Source: a virus
Lineage: Duplodnaviria > Heunggongvirae > Uroviricota > Caudoviricetes
Length of the DNA stretch: 64,000 nucleotides
Strand: one strand, 5' to 3'
Virus record (IMG/VR): IMGVR_UViG_3300046499_000850
This document shows, in pieces, positions 16,927-26,324 of the stretch (position 1 is the stretch's first letter; each line of letters begins with the position of its first letter). The notes under the pieces were generated by a model. It saw only the letters and a program-made list of their open reading frames with translations. It had not been told where the DNA came from and ran no database searches. Both the position numbers and the translations under genes were made by a program.

Positions 16927-18195
16927 TCAAGTGTCAGCGTAATGTCGTTTGGCGAGACTACGCAACACAATGTACAGAAGTACACCTGTACGGATTGGCG
17001 GCAACAGACTCACGTTGCGGGTGCCGGTCGCTTCCTTCACCAGATTTTCGGTACGCTGACGGATATCCATCAGGATCGGATCTGTCGAACGCGCTGCCGT
17101 GTAGACACCACGCAGTCGCGCGAGTAAACCAGGTAAGTCGTGCGGGTTTTGAAGTGAGTCTGTGTTGTGGGACAGATAATCAAAGCAATGCACCATGATC
17201 TCTTTGGTCAGGTCCTGCAGCTTGTGGGCCTGATGTCCCTGAAAGTTTTCCGATAACCATTCCAAAGTACCCCGGAACAGCGAAGGCGGCATGGTCTGGA
17301 CCATCCCTTCCACCACAGTCAAAAGTTCTTCCCGCAAGAAGCTTGACTTGTCTGGAATGATGGACTGCAAATAGCGGGTGTAGTTGGCGAGGCTCTTGGT
17401 TTTATCCTTGAGGATTTCTTTGCCATCGTGCTCCACCGTTTGCGATACAGCGACAATCCGTTTGCCGGACGCATTGATTTGATAGTGCATGCCGGCGATC
17501 AACCGCAAGGTTTTACGCAGGCGGGTTTGGATGTCGTTGACGATCTTTTCGATCTCACGATCATCACCCATTTTTTCGAACTGTTTGTAACGGGGTGCTT
17601 TCTCGTCCAAGATGTCTTCTGCGCGCTTATGCAAGTACGCGCCCCAGCTACCCGCTTGTTTTAAGTCGAATTTCATCGACAGTGAAGCATAGGTGGCTTC
17701 CGCCACGGATTTGTCAGCAGGGTAAATGAAGTGGCGGTACAGACGGCTGGTGAGAAACTTGTACTGCATCACCAACATTACTGAGAGCATCGCGTCGCGT
17801 TTCAACCCTTCCGGGATGTTGTGCGCATTGGCGAGCAGGTGGGTCAACCAGATGCATGACAGGTTCATGGCATCGGAGGCGACCTGGTGATCCCGGTGCA
17901 CGGTCGGGAGTTTGTACAGCGCGTCTTGGAGCGTTTGCTCGTCAACGTGCAAAATCTCATCGAACCACACCAATCGGTCAGAGTCAGTGAAGCGCACGAC
18001 TTGCACACCAGTTAGGTGGCCGCCAAAGAATTTGACGTGTTCGTCATTCTTGTTAACGAACGCCACCTGATATTGAACAATCTTTTTGGCGAGAATAGAA
18101 TCAACGATGACATCCTTGCACTGTTGTTCAAAGACGTTACGGATTAACAAAGATGCACCATGGTGCACCATGGCCTCATGGGCAAGAACGTACAT
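16927..18195 (-). CDS. Conserved phiKZ-like protein, probably virion structural (gp32-like)
   Basis: AAAGGA SD before ATG 18195; C-terminal RTGVLLYIVLR; position near terminase. Confidence 0.6.
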   Translation of the reverse strand: MYVLAHEAMVHHGASLLIRNVFEQQCKDVIVDSILAKKIVQYQVAFVNKNDEHVKFFGGHLTGVQVVRFTDSDRLVWFDEILHVDEQTLQDALYKLPTVHRDHQVASDAMNLSCIWLTHLLANAHNIPEGLKRDAMLSVMLVMQYKFLTSRLYRHFIYPADKSVAEATYASLSMKFDLKQAGSWGAYLHKRAEDILDEKAPRYKQFEKMGDDREIEKIVNDIQTRLRKTLRLIAGMHYQINASGKRIVAVSQTVEHDGKEILKDKTKSLANYTRYLQSIIPDKSSFLREELLTVVEGMVQTMPPSLFRGTLEWLSENFQGHQAHKLQDLTKEIMVHCFDYLSHNTDSLQNPHDLPGLLARLRGVYTAARSTDPILMDIRQRTENLVKEATGTRNVSLLPPIRTGVLLYIVLRSLAKRHYADT

Positions 18196-18248
18196 GGAGG
18201 ATTTCCTTTGGGGACAAGGTTCACAAGATGAGAGACCTCGACTAATTG

Positions 18249-18290
18249 ACGGCATACAGCTCTGCCGAGCGAACCCGGCAGAGCTGATAG
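18249..18290 (-). terminator. Hairpin + minus-strand TATGCCGT
   Basis: ACGGCATA at 18249-18256; cagctctgccg...cggcagagctg. Confidence 0.7.
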
Positions 18291-18306
18291 CGACAGGAGC
18301 TGGGAA

Positions 18307-19017
18307 TTACTTAGCCGAACGCTGGGCGCGGGCGGTCACGTAGTCTTTGAAGCTGTGGACGACTTTGCCGCCCAGGGCGACGACCATCGATTCCATGGCG
18401 ATTGCCAGTTCCGGGCTGTTGGACACCACGGTCGGGCTTTCCGAATCCAGGACTTGGTCCGGCACCACGTCGTCGATCAGGACGGTGACGTTTTCTGGGT
18501 GTTCGGCTTCGGCCAGGATCTCGGTCACGTCCTTGACGGTTTCCGGGGTCACTTGGGTTTCGTCGATGGCGTACAGGGTTTCGTAGCCAGCGTTGTCTTG
18601 CGGGGCTTCATCAGCGATCGAGTTGGCCAGGCTGGACGCCACAGCGGCGTCGATGGCTTGCGATTCGAGCACGATGTTGCCGACTTCGGACACGATGGCG
18701 GCTTCGACGGTTTCTTCGGTCTCGCCTTCGGCCGGCTTCAGGTTGCTGGTGTCGACTTCAGCTTTCGGCTCTTCACCGTCGACCGGCGCAGCAGCAGCTT
18801 CGCCTTCAGCCGGCGCGGCAGCGCCATCGGCAGCCGGGGCTTCTGGCGGGGCATTCTTGTCGAGAGTCTTCAGCAGGGCTTCCGAGTACACATCGGCGAG
18901 CGGACCTTTCATGACGACGGTGGTGTCTTCGGAGGCCGGGGTGGTGACGTTGGGGTCGAACTCCTCCATCGCCAGGTGGTGGCGGGAGCGGGTACCGAAC
19001 AGCTTACGCAGGGACAT
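18307..19017 (-). CDS. Acidic putative head/scaffold-type protein
   Basis: GAAGGA SD; very acidic and A/E-rich; AME-E, VLE-S and AME-S resemble prohead-protease cleavage sites. Confidence 0.6.
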   Translation of the reverse strand: MSLRKLFGTRSRHHLAMEEFDPNVTTPASEDTTVVMKGPLADVYSEALLKTLDKNAPPEAPAADGAAAPAEGEAAAAPVDGEEPKAEVDTSNLKPAEGETEETVEAAIVSEVGNIVLESQAIDAAVASSLANSIADEAPQDNAGYETLYAIDETQVTPETVKDVTEILAEAEHPENVTVLIDDVVPDQVLDSESPTVVSNSPELAIAMESMVVALGGKVVHSFKDYVTARAQRSAK

Positions 19018-19539
19018 GATGTTTCCTTCACTTGGGTAAAAAGATCTGTGACAACACACTCCAGGTCGAGAGTTTGTGTTTCACAGTATGGTTGCACAGA
19101 ATGGGGGTGAAAATAGCGTAGTTGTCAAAATGACAACGCGCCCCTTAGAAACATTTACAACAAGTTTCCTGACGCTGCGCTTTAGGGTAGTTTGTTTCCA
19201 AACTATACCCCTTTCTTTGTTTCATCAAAAAATCTTAAAAGGTTAGTAAGCGCCTTTGAGGGCGCGTTTCCTTTAGTACCTTTAAGAAATATTTCCTACG
19301 GTAAAAAATTATTCTGCATACGGGTATTATGCATCGAAGTGAGCAGAGCGAACGGGCAGTTGGTACCAAAACGAAGCGGGAGCGGAGTTGAAGGTAGGTA
19401 GAAAAGTGCTATGTAATGGGGGAGTGGGGGGCACTCATCCTAGGACCCGCGTAGCGGGGACTCTATCTAACCAGCGAAATATTTGGGGGGTCGGGATTTA
19501 TTCCCGACTGGTGTTCTCAGCAGTTAAAATAGCTAAAAA

Positions 19540-20031
19540 ATGAAGATTGATATTATCTCTACCGAACCTTTTACATTCGTTCAAATCAACCACAAAGGCA
19601 ACGCCTATTGGGCGATTGAATTTGCCCGTCAGGTTACCGAACGCCTGCCGGTATTTAGCCGCTACGTGATCTGCGCACCGATCTTCACCGTCGACCAGTT
19701 GCTGTTCATCCAACGTCAAGCGATCGAGCGCGGTGAATCGGAAGACATCCGTCACTGGATCTACCAAGCACTCGAAGAACGACAACGCTTTGTCCGGGAA
19801 AACCGGATGAGGTTCTTCTGGGCCAAGGAAGGTGGTCTCGAAGTCATCAGCTACCCGGACATTGAAGATGACAAAGAAGCCAAGCGCATTACCGCGGAGA
19901 ACTGCACCTTGGCTGAACTGGGTGAACTGACCGGCATCGCCATCCAACAGGGTGAAGACGAATTGATGATCGATTTTCTGCGTCAGGTCGCCGCCCAATA
20001 CGTCGAAAGTTATCATCGCCCCACGTTCTAA
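19540..20031 (+). CDS. Hypothetical protein
   Basis: 163 aa ORF followed by a hairpin + TATGCCGT. Confidence 0.75.
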   Translation: MKIDIISTEPFTFVQINHKGNAYWAIEFARQVTERLPVFSRYVICAPIFTVDQLLFIQRQAIERGESEDIRHWIYQALEERQRFVRENRMRFFWAKEGGLEVISYPDIEDDKEAKRITAENCTLAELGELTGIAIQQGEDELMIDFLRQVAAQYVESYHRPTF

Positions 20032-20032
20032 T

Positions 20033-20065
20033 AGAGTCCCACCTTCGGGTGGGGCTTTATGCCGT
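20033..20065 (+). terminator. Hairpin (UUCG) + TATGCCGT
   Basis: agagtcccacc-ttcg-ggtggggcttt, TATGCCGT at 20058-20065. Confidence 0.75.
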
Positions 20066-20082
20066 CGAAACGTCTAGTAATA

Positions 20083-20114
20083 GAAAATTTCAGCTCTATA
20101 TCACTACGACGAAC
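20083..20114 (+). promoter_or_regulatory. Putative early promoter TATATCAC
   Basis: aaaattt...TATATCAC at 20097-20104. Confidence 0.7.
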
Positions 20115-20161
20115 ACCCAACCAGATCCACTTAACAATCAACAACATCAAGGAGTATCACC

Positions 20162-20767
20162 ATGAATGTCGAACCGAACTTCCAAGGACTGCATGATTTG
20201 CTAGCACCCTTAACCGACCAAGCACTGCGTCTCGATTACAACAATCACAAATCAAGTTACAGCGACTTTAAAGAAGATTTGTCTTTCAACTCACGCTTTT
20301 ACGATTACGCCATCTGGGTGAGCGCAACAGCTCGTGATGAAGCTATTGCTAAGGATGAGATATGGGAACTGTGCCTGGACAAAAAGAAAGATAGCGATTT
20401 CAAGAAGTATATCGCCCCGACCCATACTGCGCTGATCGGTTACTTTACCGATGACGCTGGCATCTTAGCGGCGATCGATAAAATCCATACCCTGTTCAAG
20501 GAATTGTTGACGGGTAAATACTCTTCGGCACATTTGGAGTTTAACGGTCAGCTTGTCAACTACGAGTCACTTCAAGAAGCAATCGAGTTGAAAGACGATT
20601 GCATCGACCGTGAAGACTGGGTGTCCGACGCCGAGTATGAAAAAGCGTTGGCGACCAACACCATGTGGTCGTTGCAGTGGTATCCCCGTACGCCTATCGG
20701 CTTTATCAAAATCCAAGCTTCTTCACTGGAAGCACTCGTCAACCACTTTCAAGAATCAACAACATAA
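20162..20767 (+). CDS. Hypothetical protein with two internal repeats
   Basis: AAGGAG SD; two similar halves (L-x-L-[DE]-[YF]-N...Y...WVS...A[IL]A...W-x-L). Confidence 0.85.
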   Translation: MNVEPNFQGLHDLLAPLTDQALRLDYNNHKSSYSDFKEDLSFNSRFYDYAIWVSATARDEAIAKDEIWELCLDKKKDSDFKKYIAPTHTALIGYFTDDAGILAAIDKIHTLFKELLTGKYSSAHLEFNGQLVNYESLQEAIELKDDCIDREDWVSDAEYEKALATNTMWSLQWYPRTPIGFIKIQASSLEALVNHFQESTT

Positions 20768-20778
20768 CGGAGATTACT

Positions 20779-21231
20779 GTGCACTTACGGGCAGATGAAA
20801 CACATATCGAGATGTTAGAGCGTTATGTCAAGGGCGAGAAGATCAAAACGCTTACGAGAGATTACAAAATGGCTGCCCCGACTTTGACCAAACGGATCTT
20901 GAATCTCGCCAATCGTTATCTGAATGCGGCGCATCTCGAAGGCACCCCTGAAACCTTCTATCCTGGTGAAGACAAAATGTCTTCTGAAAAGGTATACATT
21001 TCCCTTTACGATACCAATTACGCGGACATTTCATTACGAGGTACACGTGGCGCCGCCCGCGCTTGGGTAAAGAAGCAAGTACCGCACGATGTCGCCCAAA
21101 CGCATTACGAACCCTACATCGGGCTGTTGCAGGAACTGCGTGATCAAGCAGATTACTGGATACACCAGATGCAATTGCTGCGCCATGAACTTAAGAAACC
21201 TGTACTGGTCTATCAACAAACCGACAATTAA
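20779..21231 (+). CDS. Hypothetical protein (possible N-terminal HTH)
   Basis: GGAG SD before GTG 20779; MLERYVKGEKIKTLTRDYKMAAPTLTKRI looks like a helix-turn-helix. Confidence 0.65.
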   Translation: MHLRADETHIEMLERYVKGEKIKTLTRDYKMAAPTLTKRILNLANRYLNAAHLEGTPETFYPGEDKMSSEKVYISLYDTNYADISLRGTRGAARAWVKKQVPHDVAQTHYEPYIGLLQELRDQADYWIHQMQLLRHELKKPVLVYQQTDN

Positions 21232-21245
21232 CTAGGAGATTTACC

Positions 21246-21803
21246 ATGAATAAGAAAGTCTTCGCATACAAACTGCGCGCCATGGCGGACGTAATCGATA
21301 CCGCCCAGCTTGCGCGGGGCGCGGTGAATCTGTTCACGTTTCACAAGCCCCAACCGAAAACCTTGGAAGGCTTGTACAAGCTCCGGCCTGGGAACGTCAT
21401 CGATGCGATGGAACTTATCCAGGTCATCAACGGCGAAGGGAAGAGCGAAGTCGATATGCGTGTGTTCGAAGTCATGGCCTTCTTCCCCGACGTGATGCAC
21501 CGGGGTACTGTCTACCATCTGCTGCTGAAGGACATGCAGCTGCTCGGTGAAGGCATCCAGGAAGAAGAGAAACAATCTGGTCCAGGTTTGAATGCTTACT
21601 CGGGTTGGAAACTGTCCGAAGTGCCGCTCGAAAAAATACAGATCGGCACGCAAGTCATTGCTGCTGATGGCAAAGAAGGCAAGATCGCTATCATCGAAAC
21701 CCCTCGCCCCGGCAGTATCTTTTACACGGTGACGATCCGACGGGATGAAGGTGGTTCAGTTGTCAGCTCGCAAAACCTGCTTGGCGATATCAGGGTGATG
21801 TGA
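21246..21803 (+). CDS. Hypothetical protein
   Basis: AGGAG SD; 185 aa. Confidence 0.8.
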   Translation: MNKKVFAYKLRAMADVIDTAQLARGAVNLFTFHKPQPKTLEGLYKLRPGNVIDAMELIQVINGEGKSEVDMRVFEVMAFFPDVMHRGTVYHLLLKDMQLLGEGIQEEEKQSGPGLNAYSGWKLSEVPLEKIQIGTQVIAADGKEGKIAIIETPRPGSIFYTVTIRRDEGGSVVSSQNLLGDIRVM

Positions 21804-22165
21804 TGAATTTTAAATTCGCAATCGATACGTTGTTTATGGGTGCGGTGGCTTTCAATACCAAACCAGGTACAGGGTTTCGTGCCGTTCAGCTACACGGTGA
21901 AGATCAGGTTCGTATTTACCCGATCGGCAACAATGGGATTTATGCATCATCCGATCCGCTGCCTACCACGGGACGGTTTGTGGCTGCTGCTGTTGATCCT
22001 GAATTACAGAAGTTGGCACTGGCCTTCGGTGCTTTTCCGGAAGACGGTGGAGAAAGTCAATATTCGTCCGCGTTAGCGTACAATGAAAATGAGTATCTGA
22101 AAGGATCTCATCACGTTATCGACTTTCTTAATGACGGCATTGTGCCCATCGCGGACGGTGAATGA
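21800..22165 (+). CDS. Hypothetical protein
   Basis: Overlaps both neighbours by 4 nt, suggesting translational coupling. Confidence 0.7.
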   Translation: MMNFKFAIDTLFMGAVAFNTKPGTGFRAVQLHGEDQVRIYPIGNNGIYASSDPLPTTGRFVAAAVDPELQKLALAFGAFPEDGGESQYSSALAYNENEYLKGSHHVIDFLNDGIVPIADGE

Positions 22166-22755
22166 TGGCCATCGCGATCATCGGCACAGCGGGTCGGGAT
22201 AAATCCAAACCCATGACGCTGGAACTCTGGAAGTGGATGTTGCGCGATGCATATAGTCGCGTACCGAAAGGCGCCCATGTGGTATCGGGCGGTGCTGCTT
22301 GGGCGGACCATCTCGCGGTGTCGATGTTCTTGTTCGGTCACGCAGGTGAGATCTCGCTGTTCTTACCTGCGCCGTTCGTGTTCTCGACGGGCGAGTATGT
22401 CAAAGGGGCTGACCATTTTGAAGAAGATGGTTGGAAGAGTGCAGGCGGGATTGCGAATTACTACCACCGACGTTTTAGCGATGTTATCAAGCGTGACACT
22501 CTGCACCAGATCGGGGACGTGGTCAGGCAATACTGGACAGTGGAAAACAGCCCGGTACGTATTGAGCAAGAACCATCCTCACCAGGTGCGGGTGGCATGT
22601 TTGCCCGTAACAAGAAAGTCGCCCAAGCGGACGAGATGCTAGCCTACACGTTCGGTATCGGTGATGAACCGGATGATGGCGGCACGCGGGATACGTGGAA
22701 CAAATGCCAAGGGAAGAAGACGCATATCACTCTCCCATTATCGCAATATCTTTAA
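22162..22755 (+). CDS. SLOG-superfamily (DprA/YspA-like Rossmann fold) protein
   Basis: IAIIGTAGR, VVSGGAAWADHLA, MFARNKKVA and GGTRDTW match SLOG motifs (G-x-R, SGGAxGAD, RN, GGT). Confidence 0.75.
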   Translation: MMAIAIIGTAGRDKSKPMTLELWKWMLRDAYSRVPKGAHVVSGGAAWADHLAVSMFLFGHAGEISLFLPAPFVFSTGEYVKGADHFEEDGWKSAGGIANYYHRRFSDVIKRDTLHQIGDVVRQYWTVENSPVRIEQEPSSPGAGGMFARNKKVAQADEMLAYTFGIGDEPDDGGTRDTWNKCQGKKTHITLPLSQYL

Positions 22756-22764
22756 GGGGATATC

Positions 22765-23040
22765 ATGAATCATGAAGAAGCATTGGTTAATATGGTTGCC
22801 AGTATCGTTGCGGACTACGGTTCAGAAGGCGCAACGCTTGGTCAAATTGAAGGCAAGCTTCCTGTCCAAGCTATCAGTAAAGCGCGCGAAGAACTTTCAC
22901 TCGAAGCTTATTCGACGAATTCGTCCGTTCTTAGCCTGATCATTGGAAAGCTCATAAGGGAGTTTGTTATCACCATCAAGCAAACAATGAGTTATCAAAA
23001 CACTTATGTGCTGGTAACGCAGTCGCAAAAAATTAGGTAA
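22765..23040 (+). CDS. Hypothetical protein
   Basis: AAGGGG SD; 91 aa; followed by a hairpin. Confidence 0.7.
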   Translation: MNHEEALVNMVASIVADYGSEGATLGQIEGKLPVQAISKAREELSLEAYSTNSSVLSLIIGKLIREFVITIKQTMSYQNTYVLVTQSQKIR

Positions 23041-23044
23041 TCAT

Positions 23045-23079
23045 ACACAGGGGCTTGACGCCCCTGTGTTTTATGCCGT
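23045..23079 (+). terminator. Hairpin + TATGCCGT
   Basis: acacaggggc-ttgac-gcccctgtgt, TATGCCGT at 23072-23079. Confidence 0.75.
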
Positions 23080-23183
23080 AAGAATATGGAGATAGAATTT
23101 TTCGAAACCATATAACAGAGGTGAATTGGAAACGGAATCAACATTCGAGACCGTTCTTAACTAACATTACACTGGAGATTATC

Positions 23184-23540
23184 ATGGAATTCATCAAATC
23201 GATCTGGAATCGTATCACCTCGTTCTTTGGTAACCTCTTCGGTGCCAAGAAAGAAGCTGCCAAAGTCGAAGCTGCTACCGTCAAGACCGAAGCTGCACAA
23301 GCTGCACAAACCGTGGTGGCTTCGGAAGAAGCTGCTGCCAAAGCTGCCCGCATGGAAAAGCTGGCTGAAGTGTTTAACCGCATTGCTCAAATCGCATCGT
23401 TCCGTAACTATTCGCTGGAAGAAGCCAAAGCCGCTTACCTGGCTGATGACATGGCGACCTTGGCGCGTATCGAACGTGAAATGAACGCCAAGAAGTACAA
23501 AGCCCCGAAGAAAGTCAAGCCTGCTAAGAAAGCAGCTTAA
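23184..23540 (+). CDS. Small protein with N-terminal amphipathic helix and Lys/Ala-rich tail (array member 1)
   Basis: GGAG SD; begins MEFIKSIWNRITSFFGNLF. Confidence 0.85.
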   Translation: MEFIKSIWNRITSFFGNLFGAKKEAAKVEAATVKTEAAQAAQTVVASEEAAAKAARMEKLAEVFNRIAQIASFRNYSLEEAKAAYLADDMATLARIEREMNAKKYKAPKKVKPAKKAA

Positions 23541-23588
23541 TTCTTCATCCTCCGTATTCCCATAATCAACAACACAAAGGAAACGATC

Positions 23589-23978
23589 ATGTTTGCATTT
23601 CTGAAAAAACTGTATCTGAAGCTGCGTAACTTCGTGGCCATTAACATCACCAAAGCCATGCGCTTCGCTGAGAAGACCATCGCCGCTGGTCGCGATGAAG
23701 GCCGCTTCCTGAAGCGTCTGGGTGGTTACACCATGCTGGTCGGCACCATCGTGGTCGCTTACCTGACCGCGGTATTCTTCGGCACGCTGCTGCTGATTGG
23801 TTTGATCTCGCTGATGGGTTCGATCGGCATGATCATCGGTTGCGCTATGCTGGGTTTCTTCTCCAGCGATGTGACCACCGCTGTTCTGAATTTCCGTGAA
23901 GGCGCTGAACTGGCTAGCGAAGACAACGAAGAAGAAGACTACTTCGTCGTGCTGGACGCTGTTGCTGCTGCAATCTAA
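23589..23978 (+). CDS. Membrane protein (array member 2)
   Basis: AAAGGA SD; begins MFAFLKKLYLKLRN; long hydrophobic segment. Confidence 0.85.
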   Translation: MFAFLKKLYLKLRNFVAINITKAMRFAEKTIAAGRDEGRFLKRLGGYTMLVGTIVVAYLTAVFFGTLLLIGLISLMGSIGMIIGCAMLGFFSSDVTTAVLNFREGAELASEDNEEEDYFVVLDAVAAAI

Positions 23979-24006
23979 TTAACAATTAACAACAAAGGAA
24001 ACAGTC

Positions 24007-24399
24007 ATGTGGAACTTCATCAAAAACCTGTACTTCAAGCTGCGTAACAGCATCGCCATCACCTACGTGAAAGCGATCGACTACAGCATGGAACTGGCCA
24101 ACAAAGCCCGCGCCATCGCTCACGCTGCCGGCGGCTCCACCTTCAAGAGTGTCATGCTCTACGTCGCCAGCTTCGCCGTGTTCTGCGTGTCGTACCTGGT
24201 CTTCAAGATCATGGTTGGTCTGATCTTCACCGGTATGGCCGCGTTGCTGGCGCTGGCGCTGGGTGAGACCCTGGCCATCCTGGTATCGTTCGTGCTGCTG
24301 GTGGTGTTCGTGGTCGACCTGATCGAAACCATCGAATTTCTGGCCCGCATCAGCCGTACCCTGCGTCACGCGTTCGGCGGTACCACCGTCTACGCATAA
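24007..24399 (+). CDS. Membrane protein (array member 3, paralog of 23589-23978)
   Basis: MWNFIKNLYFKLRNSIAITYVKA aligns with MFAFLKKLYLKLRNFVAINITKA; similar upstream leader. Confidence 0.85.
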   Translation: MWNFIKNLYFKLRNSIAITYVKAIDYSMELANKARAIAHAAGGSTFKSVMLYVASFAVFCVSYLVFKIMVGLIFTGMAALLALALGETLAILVSFVLLVVFVVDLIETIEFLARISRTLRHAFGGTTVYA

Positions 24400-24451
24400 C
24401 CCTGAGGGAGAGTTTCCTCTCCCTGTTTATAATTAACAACAAGGTAACATC

Positions 24452-24844
24452 ATGAACTTCCTGAAGAAATGGTTTAACAAAGTGATCAGCTGGATGGCGC
24501 ATCCGATCGCCATGATCTGCGACAAAGCGACTGCTCTGCTGGGTCCGGCCATCACCTACGTCAACACCGATCACAACCTCAAGTGGTCGTTCAAGACCAT
24601 CGCCAAAGTTGTGGCAGGTGCACTGTTGGTGGTCTTCCTGGGTCTGACCATCGGCGCCCTGATGGTCGCTAGCATCGCCGGTTTCACCCTGTTGTTCGCG
24701 CTGGTCCTGCCGTCGCTGCTCGCCAACCTGATCGCAGTGCTGGGCGTGGGTTACATCGCGTACCAAGTTTTCCAAAAGGTCGACCACTATCGTGCCGATG
24801 AGATCGTCATCGAAATCGAAGTCGAGACCGAACCACAAGCTTAA
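24452..24844 (+). CDS. Membrane protein (array member 4)
   Basis: Begins MNFLKKWFNKVISWM; long hydrophobic segment. Confidence 0.85.
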   Translation: MNFLKKWFNKVISWMAHPIAMICDKATALLGPAITYVNTDHNLKWSFKTIAKVVAGALLVVFLGLTIGALMVASIAGFTLLFALVLPSLLANLIAVLGVGYIAYQVFQKVDHYRADEIVIEIEVETEPQA

Positions 24845-24886
24845 CTCCCCTTTTTCGCTGTACCTTTTTTCACAAGGAGCATTACC

Positions 24887-25252
24887 ATGGAAACCATCAA
24901 AAACTTCTTCAAAGGCGTCGCCAAGTTCGCCTACGACTTCTTCATCGGCCCGATCGTCGAGCTGCGTAATTTCTTCACCATGTCGAACACGGTGAAAGCC
25001 CTGTCGATCATCAACGCCGCCAGCCGCGTGATCGTCATCGCTTCGTGGTTCTTCGCTGTGCCGGCCGTTCTGGTCACCCTGGCTTGGGTCTGGATCTGGA
25101 CCACGGTCGCCGTCGCGGTGCTGTATATCGTGTTCTCGATGGGTAGCCTCGCTGCCGCCGGTGCTTTCGGTGCTGACCTGGCTGCCAAGCTGCACGCTGC
25201 CAACGACGGCGCAGCTGAGCAAGCTGCTGCGACTGAACCGGCTGCCGCCTAA
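24887..25252 (+). CDS. Membrane protein (array member 5)
   Basis: AAGGAG SD; begins METIKNFFKGVAKFAYDFF; hydrophobic core. Confidence 0.85.
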   Translation: METIKNFFKGVAKFAYDFFIGPIVELRNFFTMSNTVKALSIINAASRVIVIASWFFAVPAVLVTLAWVWIWTTVAVAVLYIVFSMGSLAAAGAFGADLAAKLHAANDGAAEQAAATEPAAA

Positions 25253-25257
25253 CAACC

Positions 25258-25554
25258 ATGTGGCGTTTTATCAAAACGCTCTTCCAATCTCTCTACCGGC
25301 ACACGGTAGGGGGGTTGGTGAGGCTGGTACGCCATACGGCTCAGGCCACTGTGGACCGGGAAGACAAGCAATTCGTGGCCCGCGCGATGCGGTATTTCAC
25401 GTTGGCTGTCGTGTTCTGGTTCTTCCCGGTTCTGACCGGGCTGCTGCTCGCCCTGCGTATCATGGCGCTCTCCGATGTGTTTAGCATCGTGAGCAACGTG
25501 TACGAAGATGTCGTGACAGCGTTTGGCGTCCACAACGTGACTACCCCTGCCTGA
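25258..25554 (+). CDS. Membrane protein (array member 6)
   Basis: Begins MWRFIKTLFQSLY; hydrophobic segment. Confidence 0.75.
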   Translation: MWRFIKTLFQSLYRHTVGGLVRLVRHTAQATVDREDKQFVARAMRYFTLAVVFWFFPVLTGLLLALRIMALSDVFSIVSNVYEDVVTAFGVHNVTTPA

Positions 25555-25594
25555 TCTTCAGGTAGTGGGTACGATTCCCACACCTGGAGGTAAC

Positions 25595-25894
25595 ATGGGT
25601 AAGTTTGTCAGCTTTATCAAAAGCCTTTTCTTTGCAGTGAAGGTAATCGCTACCGCAATCGCGGCACCGGTGACCCAGTTGGTGAGAACTACTTGGGAAA
25701 AGAGGCCGATCAGTGTCGGCCAATTGCTGTTTGCTATCTGGCGTTTGTTCGTCTGGGCGTTCTTCGTCCTGTGCGTCACGGCGTCGGTTGGTGTGCCAGC
25801 GGTGATCGCGTATTTGTTCCTCGTCGATCTTGCGATCGTCGGGGTGCAGATCGTGTCGGTGGCAGCCATTAACGTGAAGGAGAAATTAGCATGA
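25595..25894 (+). CDS. Membrane protein (array member 7)
   Basis: GGAGG SD; begins MGKFVSFIKSLFF. Confidence 0.8.
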   Translation: MGKFVSFIKSLFFAVKVIATAIAAPVTQLVRTTWEKRPISVGQLLFAIWRLFVWAFFVLCVTASVGVPAVIAYLFLVDLAIVGVQIVSVAAINVKEKLA

Positions 25895-26256
25895 AACAGT
25901 TTTTCGACACCCTTGCGGTGTTTGTCGGCAACCTCTTGGAGCTCACGCCGAAGTCCTGGCTGGAATCCAAGCGCCAAGCGCAGAAAATGCGTGACGCCAT
26001 CAAGACCTGGGTCGCTACCCCGCCGATCATTGACAAAGACGGCAAGGAAACGGAAGTGGCTGCGCCAGAATCGCCTTACGGTTATCTGGCCCGCACGACC
26101 CTGCTGGCGCTCGGCTTCATAGGTCTGGCGTGGGTCATCTCGCAAGTCGTGATGGCCTTCGTCTACGTGTTGCCGGTCCTGGCTGGTCTGGCTGTCGTGG
26201 CCCTGATCGTCAGCTTGTACGGTCCCAAGAAGGCTGAACAACCAGCCGCTGCGTGA
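25891..26256 (+). CDS. Membrane protein (array member 8)
   Basis: AAGGAG SD and ATGA overlap; two C-terminal hydrophobic helices. Confidence 0.8.
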   Translation: MKQFFDTLAVFVGNLLELTPKSWLESKRQAQKMRDAIKTWVATPPIIDKDGKETEVAAPESPYGYLARTTLLALGFIGLAWVISQVVMAFVYVLPVLAGLAVVALIVSLYGPKKAEQPAAA

Positions 26257-26324
26257 ACCGTACCGTAAGAAACATCCTGCTTTACAATCTCGTGATACAT
26301 CAATTTAAACCAAGGAGAAAGATC

